Assembly: GCA_965221695.1 (NCBI GenBank)
Contig: OZ244905.1
Location: 672,001-736,000 of the forward strand
DNA length: 64,000 nucleotides
Origin: Gammaproteobacteria bacterium
GTDB lineage: Bacteria; Pseudomonadota; Gammaproteobacteria; Eutrophobiales; Eutrophobiaceae
Reading direction: 5' to 3'
Positions 9,560-19,203 of this stretch are shown in pieces; the stretch's first letter is position 1, and each line of letters begins with the position of its first letter. The translations under genes and the position numbers were made by a program. Under the pieces are notes generated by a model. It was given only the letters and a program-made list of their open reading frames with translations. It had not been told where the DNA came from and did not search any database.

Positions 9560-10648
9560 GTGCAACAGGCAATCCCCACGGTGGTGATGCGCGGCGGCAC
9601 CTCGAAAGGACTTTATTTCAACGCCGAAGACCTGCCGCAGGACCCACAACAAAGAGACCAATTACTGCTCGCCGCAATGGGCTCGCCGGATGCGCGCCAG
9701 ATAGACGGCATGGGCGGCGCCCATCCACTGACCAGCAAGGTCGCAGTCGTCTCGCCTTCGATGCAATCAGACGCCGATGTGGACTACCTGTTCTTACAGG
9801 TGCTGGTAGATCGGGCCGAAGTCAGCGACGGCCAGAATTGCGGCAACATCCTCGCCGGAGTCGGGCAGTTTGCCATCGAGAACGGCATGGTTAACGCCTC
9901 CGGCCAGGAAACCCAAGTGCGCATCCGCATGCTGAATTCCGGCGGCATCGCAGTGGCCACGATACAAACTCCGGGGGGCGTGGTCAGCTATGCCGGCGAT
10001 GCGAATATAGACGGTGTGCCGGGCAGCGCGGCGCCGGTGATGCTGGATTTCGCCGATGTCGCCGGCGGCGATTGCGGCGCGCTGCTGCCTACCGGCAACA
10101 CAACGGACACTATCAACGGCGTTGCCGTCACCTGCATCGATAACGGTATGCCGGTGGTCGCGCTGCGCGCCACGGATGTGGGTAAAACCGGCTACGAAAC
10201 CGTTGCCGAGTTGGAAGACGATGCAGCGCTCAAACAAACCATAGAGGCGATCCGCCTACAGGCCGGACCACTGATGAACCTGGGAGATGTGGCGAACCGC
10301 ACCGTCCCGAAGATGTGTCTGCTGGCGCCGCCGCAATCGGGCGGCGTGATCAGTACCCGCACCTTCATCCCCCACCGGGTGCACCAGGCTATCGGTGTGC
10401 TGGGCGCGGCCAGTGTCGCGGCGGTCTGCCGTGTCGAAGGTTCCGTGGCTGCCGCGCTACTCAAGGATAAACCCTGCGCCGGCCCGGCTCATATGGTCAT
10501 TGAACACCCGACCGGTTCGTTCACGGTCGAGGTCGATATCGTTCGGGAAGGAGGCGCCTACACGGTAAAACGTTCGGCGCTACTGCGCACCGCCAGGAAA
10601 TTGATGCAGGGCGCGGTATATGTACCGGACAATTTAAAATCCGGTTAA
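9560..10648 (+). CDS. ligU: 4-oxalomesaconate tautomerase (PrpF family)
   Basis: MRGGTSKG, QIDGMGGAHPLTSKVA, NCGN, EHPTG, RTARKLM. Confidence 0.9.
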   Translation: MQQAIPTVVMRGGTSKGLYFNAEDLPQDPQQRDQLLLAAMGSPDARQIDGMGGAHPLTSKVAVVSPSMQSDADVDYLFLQVLVDRAEVSDGQNCGNILAGVGQFAIENGMVNASGQETQVRIRMLNSGGIAVATIQTPGGVVSYAGDANIDGVPGSAAPVMLDFADVAGGDCGALLPTGNTTDTINGVAVTCIDNGMPVVALRATDVGKTGYETVAELEDDAALKQTIEAIRLQAGPLMNLGDVANRTVPKMCLLAPPQSGGVISTRTFIPHRVHQAIGVLGAASVAAVCRVEGSVAAALLKDKPCAGPAHMVIEHPTGSFTVEVDIVREGGAYTVKRSALLRTARKLMQGAVYVPDNLKSG

Positions 10649-10683
10649 TATTGTGCCATCCTGCGGACGACTCTTGGTCTACC

Positions 10684-10710
10684 GGATTCCCGCTTGGGCG
10701 GGAATGGTAC
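10684..10710 (-). repeat. REP-like palindrome
   Basis: Reverse complement reads gtaccattcccgcccaagcgggaatcc. Confidence 0.75.
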
Positions 10711-10741
10711 GGGCAGAGACTGGTTACAAAATAACAGAACA

Positions 10742-11767
10742 ATGATAATTATAGATTGTCACGGCCATTACACCACCGCGCCGGAGCCTTTGCAGGCATT
10801 CCGCCGTGAGCAACTGGCGCGCTTTGCCGACCCTACGCTGCCCGACCCCCTGGCGCCGGTAATCAGCGACGACCAGATACGTGAGAGTATCGAAACCAAC
10901 CAGCTCCGGTTGCTGCGTGAACGGGGCGCAGACCTGACCATCTTCTCGCCCCGAGCCTCTGCGATGGCTCACCACCAGGGGGATGCCGAGGTCTCCCGGG
11001 TCTGGAGCCGGCTCTGCAACGACTTGATCGCGCGGGTGGTGGAACTGTTCCCGGACAACTTCATCGGCGTATGCCAGTTACCCCAGTCACCGGGCGTGCC
11101 CATCTCGGATTCGATCTCGGAGTTGGAACGCTGCGTTAATGAACTGGGTTTCATCGGCTGCAACCTGAATCCCGATCCTTCAGGCGGACACTGGACATCC
11201 AGGCCACTGACGGACCGCGAATGGTATCCGTTCTACGAGAAAATGGTGGAACTGGATGTGCCCGCGATGATTCATGTATCCGGTTCCTGCAACGATAATT
11301 TCCACGCCACCGGCGCTCACTATATCAACGCCGACACCACTGCATTCATGCAATGCATCCAGGGAGACCTGTTCGCCGACTTCCCCGACCTGCGTTTCAT
11401 CATCCCCCATGGCGGCGGCGCCGTACCGTACCACTGGGGCCGTTATCGCGGGCTCGCTGACATGCTGAAAAAGCCGAGGCTGGACACGCATGTGATGAAC
11501 AACATTTATTTCGATACCTGCGTCTACCACCAGCCGGGGATAAATCTCCTGTTTGAAGTCATTAATATCGACAACATCCTGTTCGGTTCTGAGATGGTGG
11601 GCGCGGTGCGCGGCAAAGACCCGCAGACAGGGCGCTATTTCGATGACACCAAGCGTTATATCGATGCCCTGGACCTGGATGAGACGGCCAGACATAAGGT
11701 TTTTGAACTGAACGCCCGCCGGGTCTACCCGCGGCTGGACCTGGCATTGAAAGCGATGGGAAAATAA
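10742..11767 (+). CDS. ligJ: 4-oxalomesaconate hydratase
   Basis: MIIIDCHGHYTTAP, NLNPDPSGG, IIPHGGGAVPYHWGRYRG, FGSEMVGAVRG. Confidence 0.92.
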   Translation: MIIIDCHGHYTTAPEPLQAFRREQLARFADPTLPDPLAPVISDDQIRESIETNQLRLLRERGADLTIFSPRASAMAHHQGDAEVSRVWSRLCNDLIARVVELFPDNFIGVCQLPQSPGVPISDSISELERCVNELGFIGCNLNPDPSGGHWTSRPLTDREWYPFYEKMVELDVPAMIHVSGSCNDNFHATGAHYINADTTAFMQCIQGDLFADFPDLRFIIPHGGGAVPYHWGRYRGLADMLKKPRLDTHVMNNIYFDTCVYHQPGINLLFEVINIDNILFGSEMVGAVRGKDPQTGRYFDDTKRYIDALDLDETARHKVFELNARRVYPRLDLALKAMGK

Positions 11768-11866
11768 AGATGGGCAGGATCATCAGGGGCACCTTGCAAT
11801 GCTCGACCCGGTACGCGGGAAAACTTCTGTCCCGGAAGAACCCCCTGTAATGGAGGCCTGTTGATA

Positions 11867-12751
11867 ATGGACAAAGATTGGCTGGAATTCCACCCGTATC
11901 CGTCCATTCCCGAATTCATCGTGCCCGAAGGCGCGGTCGATGCGCATTGCCACGTGTTCGGCCCCGGCCACCTGTTCCCCTATGCCCCGCAACGCAAATA
12001 CACGCCCTGCGATGCGCCCAAGGAGAAACTCTGGGCGCTGCGGTCGCACCTCGGCTTTTCCCGCAATGTCATCGTGCAGGCTGCTTGCCACGGCGCCGAT
12101 AACCGCGCCATGGTAGATGCGCTGCGCCACGCTGACGGCAGCGCCCGGGGCGTTGCCGTGGTTACACCCGATATCGAAGCAGAAAAATTACGGGAGATGG
12201 ATGCGGCAGGAGTGCGCGCGGTGCGTTTCAATTTTCTCAAGCGTCTGGTCGACGCCCTGCCCCGTGACGACCTGCGACGGCTGGCGGAAAAAATCGCCGC
12301 GCTGGGTTGGCATATCGTCATCTATTTCGAAGCCGATGACCTGCCTGAACTGTATGACTTCTTCACGTCCCTGCCCACCATCGTCGTGGTGGATCACATG
12401 GGCAGACCTGATGTCAGCAAGGACCCTGATGGTCAAGAGTTCCAATTGTTTCTGCAACTGTTGCGGGAGAACGGGAATTTCTGGTCCAAGGTCAGTTGCC
12501 CCGAACGGCTATCCGCAAGCGGCCCGCCCGGTTATGACGATGTGGTCCCGTTTGCCCGGCGCGTGGTCGAGGCCTTCCCGGAACGCGTACTCTGGGGCAC
12601 CGACTGGCCCCATCCCAACATGAAGTCCCACATGCCCGACGACGGTAAACTGGTGGATTTCATCCCCAGGGTCGCAGCAACGGCCGAATTACAAAAAAAA
12701 CTGCTGGTGGAGAACCCGCTCAGGCTCTACTGGCCTGAGATCAGGAAATAG
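11867..12751 (+). CDS. ligI: 2-pyrone-4,6-dicarboxylate lactonase
   Basis: DAHCHVFGP, RKYTPCDA, VDHMGRPD, WGTDWPHPNMKSHMPDDG. Confidence 0.92.
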   Translation: MDKDWLEFHPYPSIPEFIVPEGAVDAHCHVFGPGHLFPYAPQRKYTPCDAPKEKLWALRSHLGFSRNVIVQAACHGADNRAMVDALRHADGSARGVAVVTPDIEAEKLREMDAAGVRAVRFNFLKRLVDALPRDDLRRLAEKIAALGWHIVIYFEADDLPELYDFFTSLPTIVVVDHMGRPDVSKDPDGQEFQLFLQLLRENGNFWSKVSCPERLSASGPPGYDDVVPFARRVVEAFPERVLWGTDWPHPNMKSHMPDDGKLVDFIPRVAATAELQKKLLVENPLRLYWPEIRK

Positions 12752-12830
12752 AGATTGACAACGCGCAAAGATGTAAATAAACCCTCATGATCAAGGTTCT
12801 GCACAAGTATGTAACTGTTGGGAATAGTAT

Positions 12831-12916
12831 GGGGGATGGTTTCGTGAGCCCCACCACAGTACCACTCCCGCGAAAGCGGGAGTCCAGTCAAATACGCTGC
12901 CGCCCAGAGGGCGGCC
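12831..12916 (+). repeat. BIME-like unit (linker + REP + GC hairpin)
   Basis: ggggatggtttcgtgagccccaccacagtaccactcccgcgaaagcgggagtccagtc...gccgcccagagggcggc is the same unit as in the 43840 array. Confidence 0.8.
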
Positions 12917-12951
12917 CTATATAATAAGCAATTCCATTAAGGAGAAAACCA

Positions 12952-13896
12952 ATGAAAGTGATACTTGCAGGTGTCGGCGCATTCGGCATCAAGCATCTGA
13001 ACGGCATCAGGAATATCGACGGCGTTCAAGTCGTTGCCCTGGTGGGGCGCAGGCTCGACCATACACAGGAAAAAGCGCAGGAGTTCGGCGTCGCGCACGC
13101 GTTTACCGAGTTGGCGGATGCCCTGGCCCTGCCGGATGTGGATGCAGCCATCCTCTGCACCCCGACACAGATGCACGCGGCCCAGGCATTGCAGTGTATG
13201 CACGCAGGGAAACATGTGCAGATAGAGATCCCGCTGGCGGATTCGTATGCCGATGCCCTGGCGGTGGATCAGGCACAGAAGGAAACCGGCCTGGTGTGCA
13301 TGGTAGGCCACACGCGCCGTTTCAACCCTTCGCACCAGTGGATAAACCAGCGAGTGCGAAGCGGCGAGCTGCAAATCCAGCAGATGGATGTGCAGACCTA
13401 TTTCTTCCGCCGCCGGAACATCAATGCCGAAGGTCAGCCCCGCTCCTGGACCGACCACCTGCTCTGGCACCATGCCGCGCATACCGTGGACCTGTTCCAG
13501 TACCAGACCGGCGAAAACATCGTCCAGGTGAACGGCATGGAGGGGCCGCATCACCCTGAGCTTGACATCGCGATGGACATGTCCATCCAGATGAAAACCG
13601 CGAGCGGCGCAATCTGCACCCTGTCCCTGTCCTTCAATAACGACGGTCCGCTGGGCACGTTCTTCCGTTACATCTGCGACAACGGCACGTACCTCGCCCG
13701 CTATGACGACCTGGTGACCGGCCGGGACGAACCCATAGATGTCTCCGGGGTGGATGTGTCCATGAACGGCATCGAACTGCAGGACCGGGAGTTTTTTGCG
13801 GCAATACAAGAAGGCAGGGAACCGAACTCATCGGTCGCCCAGACGCTGGAATGCTACCGGGTCCTGGACGAAGTCGAACAACAATTCGGAAAATAA
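12952..13896 (+). CDS. ligC: 4-carboxy-2-hydroxymuconate-6-semialdehyde dehydrogenase (Gfo/Idh/MocA family)
   Basis: GAFGIKHL, TPTQMHA, GHTRRFNPSHQW, RSWTDHLLWHHAAHTVDLF. Confidence 0.92.
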   Translation: MKVILAGVGAFGIKHLNGIRNIDGVQVVALVGRRLDHTQEKAQEFGVAHAFTELADALALPDVDAAILCTPTQMHAAQALQCMHAGKHVQIEIPLADSYADALAVDQAQKETGLVCMVGHTRRFNPSHQWINQRVRSGELQIQQMDVQTYFFRRRNINAEGQPRSWTDHLLWHHAAHTVDLFQYQTGENIVQVNGMEGPHHPELDIAMDMSIQMKTASGAICTLSLSFNNDGPLGTFFRYICDNGTYLARYDDLVTGRDEPIDVSGVDVSMNGIELQDREFFAAIQEGREPNSSVAQTLECYRVLDEVEQQFGK

Positions 13897-13900
13897 CACC

Positions 13901-14914
13901 ATGTCCCGGACACTGCGAACGCTTGGAGATTTTTCGGTCCCACCACTGGGACTGGGCTGCATGAACCTGTCCCATGCCTACGGCACGCCACCGGCGCCGG
14001 AAACCGGCCGGTGCGTGTTGCAAAAGGCCCTGGACCTGGGCATTACCCATTTCGACAGCGCCGCGCTGTACGGCTTCGGGCGTAACGAGGAACTGGTGGG
14101 CCCGTTTCTGAAGCCTCACCGGGACCAGGTGTTCCTGGTAAGCAAGTGCGGCATGCGCGGCGAGAACGGCGCTCGCACCATCAATGGCCGTCCGGAAAAA
14201 CTGCGGCAGGACCTGGAGGACTCGTTGCGGCGCCTGCAAACGGACGTCATCGACCTGTACTACCTGCATCGTTTCGACAAGGTCACGCCTACCCCGATTG
14301 AAGACAGCGTAGGCATGCTGAGCCGGTTTGTCGAAGAAGGCAAGGTCAGGTATATCGGCCTGTCGGAGACCTCTGCACAGACCATCAGCAAAGCCCACGC
14401 GATACACCCGTTGGCGGCGGTGCAGTCGGAGTACTCGCTCTGGAGCCGCAATGTCGAGCTGGGCGTGCTGGACACTTGCGCACGTCTGGGCATAGCCTTT
14501 GTCGCCTTCTCTCCGCTGGCACGCGGTTTCCTGACTGCCACCGACCTGCACCCCGCGGCGTTTGCGGATAAGGATATACGGCGCAACATGCCGCGCTTCC
14601 AGGAACCTCATTTCAGCCACAACCGGCGCTGGCTGGCCCAATTCCGCGAGCTTGCCCGCGAGGCGGACTGCTCACCGGCCCAACTGGCCCTGGCCTGGGT
14701 ATTACACCAGGGCGAGCATGTGCACGTCATTCCAGGCACCACATCGCCGCAACACCTGGAAGAAAACATGGGCGCCCTGGACGTCAACGTCCCGTCGAAC
14801 TTGGCTGAGGCCCTGGATGCGTTGATCAACCCGGACACGGTTAGCGGCGCCCGCTACCCGGCCACAGTGCAAGCGGAGATCGATACGGAGTTGCTGCCGT
14901 CGGAGGCTGCGTGA
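13901..14914 (+). CDS. Aldo/keto reductase
   Basis: GLGCMNLSHAYG, FDSAALYG, DLYYLHR, QSEYSLW, IPGT. Confidence 0.9.
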   Translation: MSRTLRTLGDFSVPPLGLGCMNLSHAYGTPPAPETGRCVLQKALDLGITHFDSAALYGFGRNEELVGPFLKPHRDQVFLVSKCGMRGENGARTINGRPEKLRQDLEDSLRRLQTDVIDLYYLHRFDKVTPTPIEDSVGMLSRFVEEGKVRYIGLSETSAQTISKAHAIHPLAAVQSEYSLWSRNVELGVLDTCARLGIAFVAFSPLARGFLTATDLHPAAFADKDIRRNMPRFQEPHFSHNRRWLAQFRELAREADCSPAQLALAWVLHQGEHVHVIPGTTSPQHLEENMGALDVNVPSNLAEALDALINPDTVSGARYPATVQAEIDTELLPSEAA

Positions 14915-15078
14915 ACGGACCAGATACTCAGCGTCGATTTCAAATCAAATTCCGTCTGGATTGAAGACATAGCGCAACCGCATATCGTTATCAGCCCTTA
15001 CGTACTGAATTTACAGGTCTTTTGCCAAATACATGGCATCGATAGGCCGACATCGCGCCGGAGTTGTAACAGGCCTCT

Positions 15079-15402
15079 TCAAACGCCCAGTAAACGTCTA
15101 CTCAACAATGTCTGCATATCTCTGCGGCCGTCGGCGATCAAATAAACATAGACTTTTTTGTCTTGAATGCGATAGACGATACGATAGGGTTTGAAGAAGA
15201 CTTCCCTGTATTCCTTGATCCCAAGCTTTAACAACTCGTCTGGATAGTTGCCACGCGCCGGCATTTCTGACAGGCTGAGAAAGACTTTCTCTATCTCACT
15301 GAGAACATACTCGGCTCTTTGCGGGGAGTCAGTAACGGCAATATAATCGTCTATTTCCTCAAGGTCTTGCAAAGCATGATCGGTCAAATAGACTTCATAC
15401 AT
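15079..15402 (-). CDS. RelE/ParE-family toxin
   Basis: YEVYLTDHALQDLEEIDDYIA...PYRIVYRI...IADGRRDM; overlaps the antitoxin gene. Confidence 0.88.
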   Translation of the reverse strand: MYEVYLTDHALQDLEEIDDYIAVTDSPQRAEYVLSEIEKVFLSLSEMPARGNYPDELLKLGIKEYREVFFKPYRIVYRIQDKKVYVYLIADGRRDMQTLLSRRLLGV

Positions 15403-15682
15403 TGGCTAAACGTTGTTCACGTCGCCTGCGTATATGTTCAAGCGCAGAAACAGCGGGAGTGATATTTTCCTGTTCGATTTGACTATTGCCCAAAGCCAAT
15501 ATCTTCAGCATTGCCAGCGTCTCTTGATTCTCTTCAAAACTGTTGATGTCTTGCACCACGAGCCTAGCCTCACCGTTCTGAGTAATAATCAGCGGCTGTT
15601 TTTGCTCGTTTAATTGACGAACAATATCGGCTGTATGGGCCTTGAGATAACTGATGGGTTTAATTTGCAGTGATAATTTCAT
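15395..15682 (-). CDS. Phd/YefM-family antitoxin
   Basis: IKPISYLKAH...PLIITQNGEARLVVQD. Confidence 0.88.
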   Translation of the reverse strand: MKLSLQIKPISYLKAHTADIVRQLNEQKQPLIITQNGEARLVVQDINSFEENQETLAMLKILALGNSQIEQENITPAVSALEHIRRRREQRLANV

Positions 15683-15715
15683 GACAAGCACTCTTGCACG
15701 AAATAATGCATGTTA

Positions 15716-15731
15716 AGACTGAATATAGTCT
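15716..15731. promoter_or_regulatory. Probable TA autoregulatory operator
   Basis: AGACT-gaatat-AGTCT inverted repeat about 35 bp upstream of the antitoxin start. Confidence 0.55.
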
Positions 15732-15844
15732 AAAAAAAGCTTTATGGCAAGCGCTTGTTCAACAGCGCTTGTTCAATAAATTGGGCTGGAATCCCCGCTG
15801 GGTTCAGCCATAATTACTTAAAACAGTAATACCATTCCAACGAG

Positions 15845-15931
15845 ATGTTGACAGTACTGACCCCGCGAGAACTCATGGAAATCGAGCAATACCTGTGGAT
15901 TGTTTTGGGGTTTGCCCCGTTAGATGATTAG
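15845..15931 (+). pseudogene. Possible MazF/PemK toxin C-terminal remnant
   Basis: MLTVLTPRELMEIEQYLWIVLGF resembles the terminal helix of PemK/MazF toxins; weak similarity. Confidence 0.3.
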
Positions 15932-16073
15932 CTTTGCCGCCTGGTTGGAGAACAGGTAAACTTCCGGTGGGGTTGAGATATTCACAGTACTGATGTCGGG
16001 GGAATGGACTTCAAATCCATCTGCGCTCCCAAGGGTATGATGACCGAGTTGAGTGTAAAAATGGCTTAGATAT

Positions 16074-16316
16074 ATGAGAACGACGATAGACATTAATGAT
16101 GAGTTACTGAAAGAAACCAAAGCATATGCATTCAGTGAACGCAAGACACTCAAAATGGTGGTGGAGCAGGCTTTGTGCTTGTTTCTCACATCATCGCCGG
16201 AACTGAAGAAAACTGCGGTCACGCCAATTCCAATATTCCGTGGTCAAGGCGTACAGCCTGGCGTGGACTTAACTGACAATGCAACGTTGGAGGAACTCAT
16301 GGATGCAAAGTGCTGA
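16074..16316 (+). CDS. VapB-like (ribbon-helix-helix) antitoxin
   Basis: MRTTIDINDELLKETK...TLKMVVEQAL...GVQPGVDLTDNATLEELMD. Confidence 0.8.
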   Translation: MRTTIDINDELLKETKAYAFSERKTLKMVVEQALCLFLTSSPELKKTAVTPIPIFRGQGVQPGVDLTDNATLEELMDAKC

Positions 16317-16368
16317 TGCCATCATGCAGCTATAGCCTTGGAATACGGTTGTGAATAGGTCACTGATG
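16303..16368 (+). pseudogene. VapC (PIN) toxin remnant with large internal deletion
   Basis: Overlapping ATG (MQSAD) is joined, out of frame, to HAAIALEYGCE*VTD, the VapC C-terminal motif with TGG mutated to TAG. Confidence 0.65.
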
Positions 16369-16420
16369 GAATAACTGAACAAAAATGATCTTTGTTCAAA
16401 ATATTGAAGCGCGTATTAAG

Positions 16421-17455
16421 CTAACCACTCTCAGTTGGTCTGCTGAGCATTGGGCGGCAATTCCGCCTCATTATATGTATGAGATCCTCCACTCGATTGC
16501 TAACTCGCTCACCCTCTTTCGAAAAGCTGAGAAGCAAAACAGGAGGTTTATTTCCCTCTCGTTGTACCATTAATCTTCCGAGTAACCGAGCTGCTTCTTG
16601 GTTATTCGTAAATTTCATCCTCAGACAATGACGAATCCCTGTCGCTATCAGGTCGGCGACCTGGACACCCTGATTTGCCATCGAATCCACAAAATTGAAG
16701 TCTTCATGTATCAACTGTCCGATGTTTAGCGGTGGTCCCCTATCTCCAATATCAATTCCATAGGCTGTTTTGAGGTATGTCGGAGTTTCTCCTTCAGGAT
16801 AGTCGAAACGCTGAAAAGCGCTGTAGTCTTCACCTTCCAAGATCGGAATTGGCTCTCTAAGTGAAAAGCTCTGCAACAATGCCGGAGTTAGCATTTCGAA
16901 CGTTTTCTCGTACTCGGTTCTAGTTAAGTTCTTCTGGTCAATCCTCCAGCGAAATTTTCCAAGTGATTTAGGAAATCGTTGTACAAAGTAGAGAACGCCA
17001 TCTCTTACAATCATCGATATCAGATTGATTTGACACTGCAATTGTACGTAAAGCTGTGGCGAAAGGTTCCTTACTTTGTCAGAGAGTATTTCCACTGCAC
17101 GGCGGCCATTCTCATAGAGCATTACATTTTTATGCTTTGTGATAGCTGCGCATTGATTTTCTTGATGAGTCAATACATCGGAGACTCGATTCGAACCTGC
17201 ATCGGTAGCGACTGAGAAAAGAACACCATTCAGTTTGCCGAGGCCTCCTAAAAAAATGAAATAGTCCTTCTCACGAACATGCCTTAGCTTTATCTCACTA
17301 TTTCGCGAAACACCCGTGGCCTGCTTCAAACGCGTTAAGATCTCCTGCATTCTTCTTCGATCAGATTCTGGCGTTACATACGCCACAATACAGTTCCAAG
17401 AGTCACACCTTGGAGAGATTACGAAACTTCCTGATTCATCAAGAAAGATGTTCAC
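16421..17455 (-). CDS. DUF3800 domain protein
   Basis: N-terminal IFLDESG and C-terminal FVDS...GVQVADLIA (QxxD) signatures; AT-rich; likely GTG start at 17455 (ORF track 17494). Confidence 0.8.
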   Translation of the reverse strand: MNIFLDESGSFVISPRCDSWNCIVAYVTPESDRRRMQEILTRLKQATGVSRNSEIKLRHVREKDYFIFLGGLGKLNGVLFSVATDAGSNRVSDVLTHQENQCAAITKHKNVMLYENGRRAVEILSDKVRNLSPQLYVQLQCQINLISMIVRDGVLYFVQRFPKSLGKFRWRIDQKNLTRTEYEKTFEMLTPALLQSFSLREPIPILEGEDYSAFQRFDYPEGETPTYLKTAYGIDIGDRGPPLNIGQLIHEDFNFVDSMANQGVQVADLIATGIRHCLRMKFTNNQEAARLLGRLMVQREGNKPPVLLLSFSKEGERVSNRVEDLIHIMRRNCRPMLSRPTESG

Positions 17456-17490
17456 GCATCTGGTGCAATAATCTAGATAGCAGGCTTTGC

Positions 17491-17778
17491 TCAAGCCGCC
17501 TTCTTGGGTCGTGTAGTAATTTTCAGTTCCCGCCCCACCCTGGCCAGCATATTCACCAGCGCATCAATACTGAATTTGAAGATATGACCGTTCATGAGTG
17601 CGCTGACTTCAGGCTGATTGATCTCCAACAAGGCAGCGGCATCTTTCTGCTTGAGGCCTTTCTTACGGATGTATTACCGGATTTCAATCAGTAACTCCGC
17701 TCGGACTTTCATGTTGGCGGCTTCCTGTTTGTTGAAACCAATATCCTCAAAGATATTGTCTGTCGTGATATTTTTCAT
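17491..17778 (-). pseudogene. XRE/HTH_37 (HigA-like) antitoxin with premature stop
   Basis: MKNITTDNIFEDIGFNKQEAANMKVRAELLIEIR*YIRKKGLKQKDAAALLEINQPEVSALMNGHIFKFSIDALVNML; in-frame TAA at 17674-17676. Confidence 0.85.
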
Positions 17779-17805
17779 CGTACTATCTCTTAATCTGTTT
17801 AGGCA

Positions 17806-19203
17806 TTACAGGTTTCTTTTCATGATGAAACTTTCGTTGATAAACCACAGGCCGTCGAATTCGTTGATCACTTCCATGGTGGTCCTTAAATAATCACTGT
17901 GTTCGGCCATCACGGCATCGACTTTTTCCTCGGGGACCTGGCAGACGTAGACCAGGTTATTCCAGGCTGCCTGCAAGGTTGCCTGGCTGACCTGGTTATG
18001 GGGGTCGATGGGTAATGTATGCATGTCAAAGCGGAACAGGGAGGTCTTGTCCGTGGCGCCGGTAAACGTGTATTTTCGTCTTGCATCGCCCAGGGATGAT
18101 CGGAGCGCGCTGACGATTTCCTGCCTGCGCACAAACACGGGGGCTTCTTCTTTCCAGATACGCTTCACCACTTCATGGGCAGGGTCCTGGCCGTAAGACT
18201 GGATAACCAGCATGCGCCCGTTCGGCGCCAGGTTCAGCGCCAATGGCCGCAACACGCGGTTTACCTTGAAGTCCAACGGCGCGCTGTGTCGATATAAATG
18301 GGAGGCGAGAATAAAATCATATTCGCGGCGCTCATAGCCGGGCCTGGGTATGATTTCGTTCAACAGAAATTTGTGGTCTTCCCTGTAGAGCACCAGCACA
18401 TTGGGCTTTTCATATAATGCCTGTCCGCGCTCACCGGTTTTAATGCGCCAGTTTTCAGCCAGCTTCGGGTGCAATGCGCTGATCTGCTGCTGAAAATCAA
18501 ACGCGGTTGAACCTTTCAGCGCGACGTCCTGCCACTCGAGCGCCATCGCCGCATGCACGGAATTGGCGCTAAGTGACGCGGCCTCATCAAAGTGCATATT
18601 GGTGACCACAAAGACGGTCAACGGATGTTCCAGGAACCGATCGGCCAGCCTGCCCAGGCTGTTCCTGAGGTCATCCAGACCATGTTCCTTGGCCACCACC
18701 AGGAACGGGATATTGGGGTGTTGGTTATGCAATGCCCGCAACACTCGCGCGATGACCACGCCATTCCTCAAGCTGCCGTCAAAAATGCGGAACGCAGGCG
18801 GCTTGATCGCCATATCCGCCATGGACTGGAAGCAGCGATCTGCAATCATCCACTTTTCGTTGCAGGTATTCGCCAGCAAGTGATGTTTCAGGCGTTCGTC
18901 ATGGTATTCATGGGCGTGGTACGGCCGCTCGGCTGTTTCACTTTCACGAATTTCAGACAACGCCTCGACACTGGCGACAGATTGCTTGCGCCTGGCGCGT
19001 CCTTTTACCACTTTCCTGCCGGAATTGACTTCTTCCATGAACTGGTAGATCCGGTTTACGGTATTGTCGCCTATGGCTGCGCCGTTGCGCGCGCGCTGGA
19101 CGAATTTGCCGTCGTTGACGGCGAGTCTGCCCAGGGTTGATTCGGCAATGCCGGCGCGCCTGCAAAAGGCATTGATATCATGAATAAGCTTTGCGTGTGT
19201 CAT
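17806..19203 (-). CDS. HTH-like N-terminal domain fused to a class I methyltransferase-like domain (putative regulator)
   Basis: N-terminal FCRRAGIAESTLGRLAVNDGKFV HTH-like segment; C-terminal Rossmann-like part (FRIFDGSLRNG, YDFILASH, LAPNGRMLVI); divergent from the flavoprotein pair. Confidence 0.65.
   Translation of the reverse strand: MTHAKLIHDINAFCRRAGIAESTLGRLAVNDGKFVQRARNGAAIGDNTVNRIYQFMEEVNSGRKVVKGRARRKQSVASVEALSEIRESETAERPYHAHEYHDERLKHHLLANTCNEKWMIADRCFQSMADMAIKPPAFRIFDGSLRNGVVIARVLRALHNQHPNIPFLVVAKEHGLDDLRNSLGRLADRFLEHPLTVFVVTNMHFDEAASLSANSVHAAMALEWQDVALKGSTAFDFQQQISALHPKLAENWRIKTGERGQALYEKPNVLVLYREDHKFLLNEIIPRPGYERREYDFILASHLYRHSAPLDFKVNRVLRPLALNLAPNGRMLVIQSYGQDPAHEVVKRIWKEEAPVFVRRQEIVSALRSSLGDARRKYTFTGATDKTSLFRFDMHTLPIDPHNQVSQATLQAAWNNLVYVCQVPEEKVDAVMAEHSDYLRTTMEVINEFDGLWFINESFIMKRNL

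Noticed and set aside
14915-17800. Integron cassette array or prophage remnant
   Set aside because: No integrase, no recognisable attC sites, no phage genes and mixed gene orientations.
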